The notes: generated by a model not told the origin, from the letters alone. 29,842 nucleotides of DNA from an uncultured Dehalococcoidaceae bacterium (GCA_964414605.1 CAYPYL010000001.1:1-29842); one strand, 5' to 3'; counted from the stretch's first letter, positions 1-7,963 are shown. A program made the numbers and translations.

Positions 1-95
1 AATAGCTTTTCGAGGTTCGTTCCCTTGGGCGGAGCGACCTCGCTGGTAACGACGAATTTTCCGGAACCAAGGGCTTCTTTGAAACGTGATACCAT
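1..95 (-). CDS. metF: Methylenetetrahydrofolate reductase MetF, 5' end only (runs off the window start; absent from ORF track)
   Basis: Manual translation from ATG at 95 gives MVSRFKEALGSGKFVVTSEVAPPKGTNLEKL. This matches the MetF N-terminus and the paralog at 17768 (EFIVTTEVGPPK). A GAGGGGG RBS lies just upstream, and the gene follows metV. Confidence 0.9.
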   Translation of the reverse strand, partial: MVSRFKEALGSGKFVVTSEVAPPKGTNLEKL

Positions 96-156
96 TATCC
101 TAACCCCCTCATAAAAACCTGTATCCTTCCCGTGTCAAAGACCATTTTTAGTTGAA

Positions 157-165
157 ATGATAGCA
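157..165 (-). promoter_or_regulatory. Possible extended -10 (TGCTATCAT) in the metV-metF spacer
   Basis: TG-n-TAnnnT pattern about 60 nt upstream of the metF ATG; pattern match only. Confidence 0.3.
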
Positions 166-176
166 TCCTTACTCCA

Positions 177-821
177 TTAAGTGATGGTGACGGCCCGCGG
201 CCTGGGGACTACGTGGTGATTTCGGGGCGCCTGATACCGGCGCATCAGGTCCAGCCTGCCCTGCTCTTTAAGTCGATTGTAGATGAGCGTCCAGGCGCAG
301 TCCTTCTCCTTATCGACCTCGCACTTGCCGTTATTGGTGCCGCCGCAGGGCCCGTTGACCAGCCCCTTGTGGCAGGCGGTGATGGGGCAGATGCCGGCGG
401 TCTCTCCGAGGATACACTGGCCGCACTGGGCGCAGGCCTCCCGGAAATAACCGGGCGTTTCTTCCACGCCGATGAACAGCGTATCCACCGCCGGAATTAT
501 CGGTTTATCAATATAAAGGTTCATGCGGTGTATACCCAGGGCGCAGCTCATCGATAGAACGGCATCGGCACCGCGGATGAACTGCTCATTTTCCTTCATG
601 GCGGCCTCGGTCATGTCGTCGCAGGCGGTGGGAATTACCATGGCGCCGGTAACGAGCTTGCCCATCTCCTGCAAATGCCCTTTCATCTCTTCTACCTGCT
701 CGATGCCGCCGGTACTGGTCAGGGTGGTACAGGTGCCGCAACCGACCACGAATATCTTATCCAGCCCCTCAAGGCCCCGCTGAATGTCTTCAATCGGTTT
801 TTGTCTTGTTATCGATTTCAT
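177..821 (-). CDS. metV: MetV, Fe-S subunit of MetVF-type methylene-THF reductase
   Basis: N-terminal GCGTC...GG motif and C-terminal 8-Cys block CAQCGQC-x8-CPITAC-x7-PC-x7-C-x7-CAW. Adjacent to metF. RBS GGAGGGG. Confidence 0.9.
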   Translation of the reverse strand: MKSITRQKPIEDIQRGLEGLDKIFVVGCGTCTTLTSTGGIEQVEEMKGHLQEMGKLVTGAMVIPTACDDMTEAAMKENEQFIRGADAVLSMSCALGIHRMNLYIDKPIIPAVDTLFIGVEETPGYFREACAQCGQCILGETAGICPITACHKGLVNGPCGGTNNGKCEVDKEKDCAWTLIYNRLKEQGRLDLMRRYQAPRNHHVVPRPRAVTIT

Positions 822-833
822 AGCTGACCCCTC

Positions 834-3800
834 CTAGCTTTCAAGGTCGCACCTCAAGCACCTTTTTGCCTCCCGGCGGGCTACGTCCTCCGTAAACCCG
901 AGCTCTATCTCTTCAAAGCTGGCTCGCCTTTCCGGGAGCGGCAGCGTCTTCACTTTAGACCTCGGTTTGAGTTCCCAGGACTCCTCCAACTCCGGCGCGG
1001 CCCCTTCGGCAACTTTTACTTTCCGGTCGTAAATCTCGACCCTTGTATCGTCGCCCCTCAAGTACTTATCAATGGCGATAGCCCCTCTCCTCCCGGCGGC
1101 AACAGCCTCGACGACCATGCCCGGCCCGGTCACGAAGTCGCCGCCGGCGAACACGCCGGTTACATTAGTGACCAGGGAGTTGCTATCGACCACCAGGGTT
1201 TCCCACCTTGTACGTTCCAGAGCGCTATCCGCAGGCAGGAAGGAGAGGTCCGGCGCCTGCCCTACGGCGGCGATAACCGTATCCGCCTCCGCGGTGAACT
1301 CCGAGCCACTCACGGGGACGGGCCGCCTTCGTCCGCTGTCATCTGGTGCTCCCAGCGTCATCCTGATGCATTGAAGCCCCGTTACCTTCCAGTTATTGCT
1401 GGTAATCCTGGTGGGGCTGGCGAGAAAACTTATATTCACACCTTCGGCGACGGCTTCATCATACTCGATATCGGAAACCGGCATTTCATCACGTGAGCGC
1501 CGGTAGTAGATACTGGCTTCACCGGCGCCGATGCGGAGCGCGGTCCGGGCGGCATCGAGGGCGACATTACCACCCCCCACGATGGCCACCCGATTGCCCA
1601 CGGTTACTTCCCTGCCCAGTCTGACATCGCGCAGGAACCTCAATCCGTAGTAAAGGCCTTCAATATCCTCGACCTCCCCGGGTATGCCGAGTCGCTGACT
1701 GCGCTGGGCACCCGCCGCGATAAACACCGAGGCGAAGCCGTCGTTTTTCAAGTCCTCGACAGTAAAATTAGTATTGATGGGGGTACCGTATTTAATCTCA
1801 ACTCCCCGCTTGATAATATAGTCGATATCCTGCTGGATGGCGGCGCTCGGCAGGCGGAACTCCGGTATCGCCACCGAAAGCATTCCACCTCCCACGGGAA
1901 GCGCTTCAAAGACCGTTACAGGGTAGCCCTCCTGCGCCAGAAAGTAGGCGCAGGCCAGGCCGGTGGGGCCTGCCCCCACCACGGCAATCTTCTCCCTCTT
2001 GGTTACCGGGAAAGGCTCGATATCACCGGTTTCCGAACCGTGCTCCGCATACCAGTCGGCGGCGAAGCGTTTCAGCGTCCTGATAGCCACGGGTTCATCA
2101 AGATCGCCGCGACGGCACCGTCCCTCACAGGGGTGGTGACAGATCCGACCACACACGGCGGCGAAGGGATTGCGTTCCCGTATGGTCTCGATGGCTTCCT
2201 TATATTCGCCCTCGGCGATATGCGCAACGTACTTGGGGATATTGATACCCGCGGGGCAGGTATGCTGACACGGCGAAATCATCAGGGTCTCGCAGACCGC
2301 AGCCGGGCATTTCTTTTCCCTGATATGCTCCTCGTACTCGCTGCGGAAGTAATTGATGGTAGATAAGACGGGATTAGGCGCCGTCTGCCCCAGGCCGCAG
2401 AGGGAACACTCCTTCACTGTCTTGGCTATCGACAGCAGGGACTCAATATCCTCGTCACGCCCCCTGCCCTCGGTAATCCTGGTAAGAATTTCCAGCATCT
2501 GGCGAGTGCCCAGTCGACAGGGTGTGCATTTCCCGCATGACTCGCTCTGGGTAAAGCTCAAAAAGTATCTGGCCACCTCCACCATGCAGGTGGCCTCGTC
2601 CATGACGACCATCCCACCGGAGCCCATGATGGAGCCGAGTCCGGCAAGCGTCTCGTATTCTATGGGTGTATCGATGAAGCGGGCGGGAATGCAGCCGCCG
2701 GAAGGTCCACCGGTCTGTACCGCCTTAAGCTGCCTGCCGCGCGGAATTCCGCCGCCGATGTTATTAATGATATGGGACAGCGGCGTGCCCATGGGCACTT
2801 CGACCAGACCGCTATTGGCGATTTTCCCGGTAAGAGCAAAAACGGCCGTGCCCTTGCTCTTCTCCGTGCCGATTCCGGCAAACCAGTCGGCGCCTTTTTC
2901 GATAATGACCGGGACAGTTGCCAGCGTTTTTACGTTATTTATAATGGTCGGTTTGCCATCCAGACCGGAGTTGGCCGGGAAGGGTGGTCTTGGGCGGGGC
3001 ATACCGCGCCGGCTCTCGATGGACGCTATCAGCGCCGTCTCCTCGCCGCAGACAAAAGCGCCGGCGCCTTCTTTTATATGGACTGTGAAATTAAAATCAG
3101 TACCGAGGATTCCTTTCCCCAGGAAATTTTTCTCCTGCGCCTGTTCGAGAGCCTTGCGAATGCGTTCTACGGCTAGCGGGTACTCGGCGCGGACATAGAT
3201 ATAGCCTTCACTGGCACCGATGGCGTAGGCGGCTATCGCCAGACCTTCCAGGACGGCATGAGGATCGGCTTCCAGAATGGAGCGGTCCATAAATGCCCCG
3301 GGGTCGCCTTCATCAGCATTGCATATCATGTATTTCTGCTCGCCGGCAGCTTTACGGCAGAATTCCCACTTGGTACCGGTGGGAAAGCCCGCCCCGCCCC
3401 TGCCCCGCAGACCGGAACTTTTTATAATGTCAATAACCTCTTCCGGCGCCATCATAAAGACCACTTTTTTGAGGGACTGGTATCCTCCCCTATTGATATA
3501 ATCGCTGATACGTTCGGGATTTATGTGCCCGCAGTTCCGCAAAACGATACGCTCCTGCTCCTGATAGAATTTAATATCCGCATATCCCGGTATTGCCTCG
3601 CCGGTCACCGGGTCGTGGTAGAAAAGGCGCTCAACCGGCTGGCCGTCGCGGAGGTGAGAAGTAACGATATCGGCGGCATCGTCTGCATCGACATGGGTAT
3701 AGAAGATGCCATCGGGTTCAACCACGACATTAGGTCCCTGCTGGCAGAAGCCGTGACAGCCGGTGAAGTCTATCTCGGCTCCGGTTACTCCCTGCTTTTT

Positions 3801-3893
3801 CAGTTCCGCCTTGAGAGCTTTGTAGACGTTGTCGCCGCCACCCGAGACACATCCGGTACCCCGGCAGACTAATACCTTGCGTTTTCGCGGCAT
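834..3893 (-). CDS. NuoF/HydB-like flavoprotein fused to a C-terminal GltD/NfnB-like FAD/NAD(P)H oxidoreductase domain (1019 aa from ATG 3893)
   Basis: N-terminal [2Fe-2S] domain (VCRGTGC...GCHGFCQQGP), GLRGRGGAGFP, NADEGDPGAFMDR, GAFVCGEETAL and CGKCTPC...CSLCGLG. These are followed by PCQHTCP, NPFAAVCGRIC, GAGPTG, GGGNVALD, YRRS, FAGGD and EAKRCLRC. ATG 3893 has RBS GGAAGGAG and lies 1 nt after the nuoE stop. Confidence 0.9.
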   Translation of the reverse strand: MPRKRKVLVCRGTGCVSGGGDNVYKALKAELKKQGVTGAEIDFTGCHGFCQQGPNVVVEPDGIFYTHVDADDAADIVTSHLRDGQPVERLFYHDPVTGEAIPGYADIKFYQEQERIVLRNCGHINPERISDYINRGGYQSLKKVVFMMAPEEVIDIIKSSGLRGRGGAGFPTGTKWEFCRKAAGEQKYMICNADEGDPGAFMDRSILEADPHAVLEGLAIAAYAIGASEGYIYVRAEYPLAVERIRKALEQAQEKNFLGKGILGTDFNFTVHIKEGAGAFVCGEETALIASIESRRGMPRPRPPFPANSGLDGKPTIINNVKTLATVPVIIEKGADWFAGIGTEKSKGTAVFALTGKIANSGLVEVPMGTPLSHIINNIGGGIPRGRQLKAVQTGGPSGGCIPARFIDTPIEYETLAGLGSIMGSGGMVVMDEATCMVEVARYFLSFTQSESCGKCTPCRLGTRQMLEILTRITEGRGRDEDIESLLSIAKTVKECSLCGLGQTAPNPVLSTINYFRSEYEEHIREKKCPAAVCETLMISPCQHTCPAGINIPKYVAHIAEGEYKEAIETIRERNPFAAVCGRICHHPCEGRCRRGDLDEPVAIRTLKRFAADWYAEHGSETGDIEPFPVTKREKIAVVGAGPTGLACAYFLAQEGYPVTVFEALPVGGGMLSVAIPEFRLPSAAIQQDIDYIIKRGVEIKYGTPINTNFTVEDLKNDGFASVFIAAGAQRSQRLGIPGEVEDIEGLYYGLRFLRDVRLGREVTVGNRVAIVGGGNVALDAARTALRIGAGEASIYYRRSRDEMPVSDIEYDEAVAEGVNISFLASPTRITSNNWKVTGLQCIRMTLGAPDDSGRRRPVPVSGSEFTAEADTVIAAVGQAPDLSFLPADSALERTRWETLVVDSNSLVTNVTGVFAGGDFVTGPGMVVEAVAAGRRGAIAIDKYLRGDDTRVEIYDRKVKVAEGAAPELEESWELKPRSKVKTLPLPERRASFEEIELGFTEDVARREAKRCLRCDLES

Positions 3894-3894
3894 A

Positions 3895-4380
3895 TTACTC
3901 CTTCCCACTCTTGCCAAATAGTCGGGCTACCTTCTTGGGATTCATGTCGCCGTGGGCTTCTTTGTTTATCATGAGATTCGGTGCCAGCGCACAGACACCG
4001 ATACAGGCGACCGTTTCGAGGGTATATTCCATGTCGTCGGTGGTTTCCCCCTCCTCAACGCCCAGGTACTGCCTGACCAGTTTCAGGATAGTCTTGCCGC
4101 CGCGCACGTGGCAGGCGGTTCCCCGACAAACCCGTACGATATTTTTACCCCGGGGATGGGTGTAAAGCTGCTCATAAAACGTAATCACCGCCTGTACCTG
4201 GCTGGGGAACAGCCCCAAGGCGGCGGCTATACGTGGTATGGCTTCCGGGGGAATATAGCCGACCTTCTCCTGGATCTCCTGGGTCAGGGGTATCAACGCC
4301 CATCTTTCACCCCGGTAACCCGCGATAATTTTATCTATCTGTCTCATGTTTACCGGGGGTGCTTTCTTTGCCTTATCCAT
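3895..4380 (-). CDS. NuoE/HydC-like [2Fe-2S] subunit
   Basis: VCRGTACHVRGG and VACIGVCALAP ligand motifs; TFY motif; 8-nt overlap with the upstream gene. Confidence 0.92.
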   Translation of the reverse strand: MDKAKKAPPVNMRQIDKIIAGYRGERWALIPLTQEIQEKVGYIPPEAIPRIAAALGLFPSQVQAVITFYEQLYTHPRGKNIVRVCRGTACHVRGGKTILKLVRQYLGVEEGETTDDMEYTLETVACIGVCALAPNLMINKEAHGDMNPKKVARLFGKSGKE

Positions 4381-7063
4381 TATCGGCAGTCCTTTCCAGT
4401 CTGACCGCGCATGATTTGAGCGCCGGCGTTTTGACCTGACGGTCGAGTACGGCAGGGAACAGGCCGTAAACGGGAGTGTTCGGGTAAGACATGGGCATAT
4501 AAAGCAGGCCGCGCGATAACGTGTTATTAACTTTAGCGGTTGCTGTTATCTCTCCCTGCGCCGAGATGACCTTTACGGTAGCGCCGTCGATTATGCCCGT
4601 TTCGGCGGCATCGTCATCGCTTATTTCCAGAAACGCTTCCGGAGAAAAACGGTTCAGCCGTCCCGACCGCGTGCTGCGCGCGCCGGTGCCAAAGTGATAA
4701 CGACTGGAGCCGACTATTAAAGTATGGGGATAGCCGTTGCTTTCCGCTTCCTGCGGAGGCGTATACTCCACGGTTAAAAACCGACCGAAACCGCTGGGGA
4801 AAAGTCCTTTATACAAACGCCGGTTCCCGTAATAGCCGTCTTCCTCTTCGGCCAGTTCCGGTTCTATAACGTCGCTGTCAACGCGGGCGGCATGATGGCA
4901 GAACGGCACCGATTCCTCGATTTCATTAAGCACTTCCTGTTGAGAGTCATACCGCAACGGGTAGTCCATCTTACCGGAGAGCTCCAGTATTATTTCCGCA
5001 TCAGGAAGGCTCTCGCCAACAGGCTCGATGGCCTTCGTTAGCTGCTGGACCCTCCCCTCGAAATTGGTGAAGGTGCCGTATTTTTCAGCGAAGCTGGCAG
5101 CCGGCAGCACCACCGAAGCCAGCGCGGCGGTTTCGGTCAGGAACATATCCGTCACCACCAGTAAATCGAGCCTCGCCAGGGCTTCCTTGACCAGGGACGT
5201 TTGAGGGAAACTCACCGCCGGATTTTCTCCCATGACGAACATCGCCTTCACCTTTCCAGTTCCCGCCGCCTCTATCATCTCCCAGGCTGTCAATCCGGCG
5301 TTCACCGGCAAGTCGCATCGCCAGCGCTCCTCGAACGTCTGCCTGTCTTGAGCGTTATTGATGTTCTTATAACCGGGCAGGAAATCGGGCAGAACGCCCA
5401 CGTCGCATGCTCCAAGGGCATTGTTCTCCCGTTGCAGGGCAAAAATCCCGCCGTGCCTGCCGGCATTCCCGGTGAGCATATTCAAATTTCCGATGGCGAT
5501 TACGGCATCGGTTCCGGTGACGTATTGCGTTATACCGTTCCCGTAGACGATAGAGGTTTGTTCGGCGCCGGCAATAATACGTGCGGCTTTCTGCATGTCT
5601 TTCCTGGGAACGCCCGTGATTTTCTCTGCGTATCCGGGTTCCTGCTGCTTCAGACTTTGAGCCCACCGCGCGAAGTTATCCGTCATACGGGTAACGAACT
5701 CTATATCCATTTTCCCCTCTTCGATAATCACCCTGGCAAGTTCGTTGAGCAGGGCTACATCGGTACCCGTGCGGGGTTTGAGCCACATATGGGCGAACTG
5801 CGATAGCGACGTCCGGCGCGGGTCTACGACGATTAAACCGGCACCTTTATTCCTGACGGCTCGCTTGATGGCATAAGCTACGGCGGGAGCCGATATTTCC
5901 GGGTCGGCCCCGATGACCATTATCACCTGTGATTTTTCCAGCGAATCTATAGTTCCGGTAGTGCCGGCGTAGCCGACGGATGTACCCAGGCCCACCCGGC
6001 TCGCGGCGCTGTAAAGACGACTGCCGTTATCAATGTTGTTGGTGCCCAGGACGACGCGAGTGAACTTCTGGAGAAGATAATTTTCCTCATTGGTGCACTT
6101 TGAGGAGCCGAATACGGCGATAGCGTCGGCGCCGTGGTTCTCTTTTATCCGGTTGAGTTCACCGGCCACCCGAGAAAGCGCTTCTTCCCAGGTAGCCTCC
6201 TGAAACTGGCCATCTACTTTAACCTGCGGATGAAGCAGTCGCTCCGGACTGTGAATAAAGTCGTACCCGTAACTCCCCCGCACGCACAGAGTGCCGGCGT
6301 TCACCTGCCCTTCCGGGGGAGGCCTGGAAAATATTACCCTGCCGTCCTTGACTCCCAGACAAACGGTGCACCCGCAGCCGCAATAAGGACATATCGTGGT
6401 GACCGTTTCCGTCGCCGTACCGCTATAAGCCCTTTCCTTCTCCATCAGGGCGCCTGTCGGGCAGATAGCCACGCAGGTGCCGCAGAAGGTGCACTCCGAT
6501 TTTTCCAGCGGCATATCGTTCAGGGTCGCCGGCCTGACCGCAGCGCCGCGGTCGATATAGTCGATAGCCCCCTCCACGACCAGCTCCTGGTCAGCCCTGA
6601 TGCACTTGCTACACATGATACACTTGGAGAGGTCGCGCTCGATAAACGAATTGACTTCTTCGATTATGTCCAGCTGCGGAATTCTCTGGAACTCGACGAG
6701 GCCGATTCCCATTTCCGCCGCCAGCTTGCGTAACTGACAGCTATTTCCCTTATCGCAAACCAGGCAGGAATCGGGGTGGCTGGCGAGGAGGAGTTTTAAG
6801 ATTTTTTTTCGGTGCTCCACCACCCGCGGTGAGTTGGTCTTGATAACCATTCCCGGCGATATAGGCGTCACGCAGGAAGCCAGCAAAGCACCGTTGCGTT
6901 CGTCCTCCACCAGGCAGAGACGGCAGGCTCCTACCGATGCCAGATTAGGGTCGTAGCAGAGAGTAGGAATATATACCCCGGATTCCCGCGCCAGGTCCAG
7001 GATAGTAGTGCCCGGGTAACCGCTTACCTCGACGTCATTCAGGACAATCGTAATTGCTTCCAC
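4373..7063 (-). CDS. FdhA/NuoG-like molybdopterin-oxidoreductase-family subunit with a non-canonical active site
   Basis: [2Fe-2S] (CYDP...GACRLC...SC), HPDSCLVC-x5-C, 2x[4Fe-4S] domain, CPYCGCGC...LC cluster, GSSKCTNEENY, NNID, LPAASFAEKYGTFTNFEGRVQ and a molybdopterin-dinucleotide-type C-terminal domain. GTG start directly after the upstream TGA. Confidence 0.85.
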   Translation of the reverse strand: MEAITIVLNDVEVSGYPGTTILDLARESGVYIPTLCYDPNLASVGACRLCLVEDERNGALLASCVTPISPGMVIKTNSPRVVEHRKKILKLLLASHPDSCLVCDKGNSCQLRKLAAEMGIGLVEFQRIPQLDIIEEVNSFIERDLSKCIMCSKCIRADQELVVEGAIDYIDRGAAVRPATLNDMPLEKSECTFCGTCVAICPTGALMEKERAYSGTATETVTTICPYCGCGCTVCLGVKDGRVIFSRPPPEGQVNAGTLCVRGSYGYDFIHSPERLLHPQVKVDGQFQEATWEEALSRVAGELNRIKENHGADAIAVFGSSKCTNEENYLLQKFTRVVLGTNNIDNGSRLYSAASRVGLGTSVGYAGTTGTIDSLEKSQVIMVIGADPEISAPAVAYAIKRAVRNKGAGLIVVDPRRTSLSQFAHMWLKPRTGTDVALLNELARVIIEEGKMDIEFVTRMTDNFARWAQSLKQQEPGYAEKITGVPRKDMQKAARIIAGAEQTSIVYGNGITQYVTGTDAVIAIGNLNMLTGNAGRHGGIFALQRENNALGACDVGVLPDFLPGYKNINNAQDRQTFEERWRCDLPVNAGLTAWEMIEAAGTGKVKAMFVMGENPAVSFPQTSLVKEALARLDLLVVTDMFLTETAALASVVLPAASFAEKYGTFTNFEGRVQQLTKAIEPVGESLPDAEIILELSGKMDYPLRYDSQQEVLNEIEESVPFCHHAARVDSDVIEPELAEEEDGYYGNRRLYKGLFPSGFGRFLTVEYTPPQEAESNGYPHTLIVGSSRYHFGTGARSTRSGRLNRFSPEAFLEISDDDAAETGIIDGATVKVISAQGEITATAKVNNTLSRGLLYMPMSYPNTPVYGLFPAVLDRQVKTPALKSCAVRLERTADNG

Positions 7064-7879
7064 TCAAGCTGTCTCCCCATCCTGTACCTTCGGCTGGAGA
7101 GATTCAATCCACGACTGGTCGCCACGCGCCACGGAACGGATACCGGTCAGCAGCCGGGAACTGGCGGCGGCTTTGGGGATAAACCCCACCGCCCCCACCT
7201 TTTTACTGGCAAGGACATTCTCCTCGTCGTCGTACTGCGTCAGCATCAGGACCTTGGCGGTCTTTTGTTTCTGGCAAATTTCACGGGCGGCGTCCAGTCC
7301 GTTCATCACCGGCATGATAATGTCCATCACCACGACATCCGGTATGAGCTCCATAGTCTTCTCCAGCGCCTCTTTCCCGTTGACGGCCTCCCCGACGACC
7401 TGCATATCCCGCTGCAGCGTAAGCACGGATTTTATCCCGTCCCTTACCACCGCGTGGTCATCGACAATCAGCACCCTGATTTTCTTGGTAGCCCTGTCCA
7501 GCAGGGCCTGGATGCGGGGTACCAGGGCAACCGGCTCGACGGGCTTGGCGAGGAAATCTTCGGCGTCTATCTGCATACCCTCATCCATTCTCCAACCCTT
7601 GAGCAGTTGCTTTTCCGGCGGAGCATTGATAACCATGATTGGTAGATTGCCAAACCCCAGGGTCTGCTTCATCCATTTGTGGAACAGAAAGGCATCGCCG
7701 CGGGGCATAATCGTGCCCAGGACAATCGCGTCGGGCTCGTGAGAGCGTACCGACTCTTTAGCCTCTTCCTGGTCGCCGGCGGTGACGACGGTATACCCTA
7801 CTTTTTCCAGGGCCTTCTTTACCTCTTCTAAAAATTCTTCTTCGTCATCCACTATCAGAATCGTTTGTTCTTTTTCCAT
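7064..7879 (-). CDS. Tandem pseudo-receiver + NarL-type receiver protein with no output domain (271 aa from ATG 7879)
   Basis: First REC domain ILIVDDE...IVLGTIMP...KP; second REC domain VLIVDDH...VVMDIIMP...LTQYDD...PK. No HTH. RBS AAAGGAGG before ATG 7879. Confidence 0.88.
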   Translation of the reverse strand: MEKEQTILIVDDEEEFLEEVKKALEKVGYTVVTAGDQEEAKESVRSHEPDAIVLGTIMPRGDAFLFHKWMKQTLGFGNLPIMVINAPPEKQLLKGWRMDEGMQIDAEDFLAKPVEPVALVPRIQALLDRATKKIRVLIVDDHAVVRDGIKSVLTLQRDMQVVGEAVNGKEALEKTMELIPDVVVMDIIMPVMNGLDAAREICQKQKTAKVLMLTQYDDEENVLASKKVGAVGFIPKAAASSRLLTGIRSVARGDQSWIESLQPKVQDGETA

Positions 7880-7930
7880 TTTTTGCCTCCTTTCACCGGA
7901 AGCGCCTATAGTTACCACTATATGATGCAT

Positions 7931-7963
7931 AGTATAAACAGGGAATAGGGGATTTACCCCGAT
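7931..7963 (-). promoter_or_regulatory. Candidate promoter of the left redox operon: -10 TATACT (7936-7931) plus imperfect palindrome ATAGGGGATTTACCCCGAT (7945-7963)
   Basis: Read directly. The palindrome overlaps the expected -35 position and recurs at 14837-14855. Confidence 0.5.

Noticed and set aside
2353-3198. Long antisense or alternate-frame ORFs (also 16211-17044, 24524-25321, 5201-5806, 8775-9326 and others)
   Set aside because: They lie on top of well-supported genes, lack motifs and RBSs, and are expected shadows of GC-rich coding DNA.
4373-7063. Annotation as formate dehydrogenase alpha subunit (fdhA/fdhF)
   Set aside because: The Cys/Sec ligand, His and Arg motifs are replaced, so no gene symbol was assigned.
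834-7063. Annotation as complex I nuoEFG or as an [FeFe]-hydrogenase
   Set aside because: No membrane nuo genes and no H-cluster motifs are present. The NuoF carries HydB-type extra domains and a GltD fusion.
7061-7066. In-frame TGA between the REC-REC gene and the FdhA-like gene, suggesting selenocysteine read-through into a fusion
   Set aside because: The TGA is not at a Cys-equivalent catalytic position and I see no SECIS-like hairpin 3' of it. A GGGGAG RBS precedes the GTG, and the paralogous REC-REC protein is stand-alone. Translational coupling explains it.
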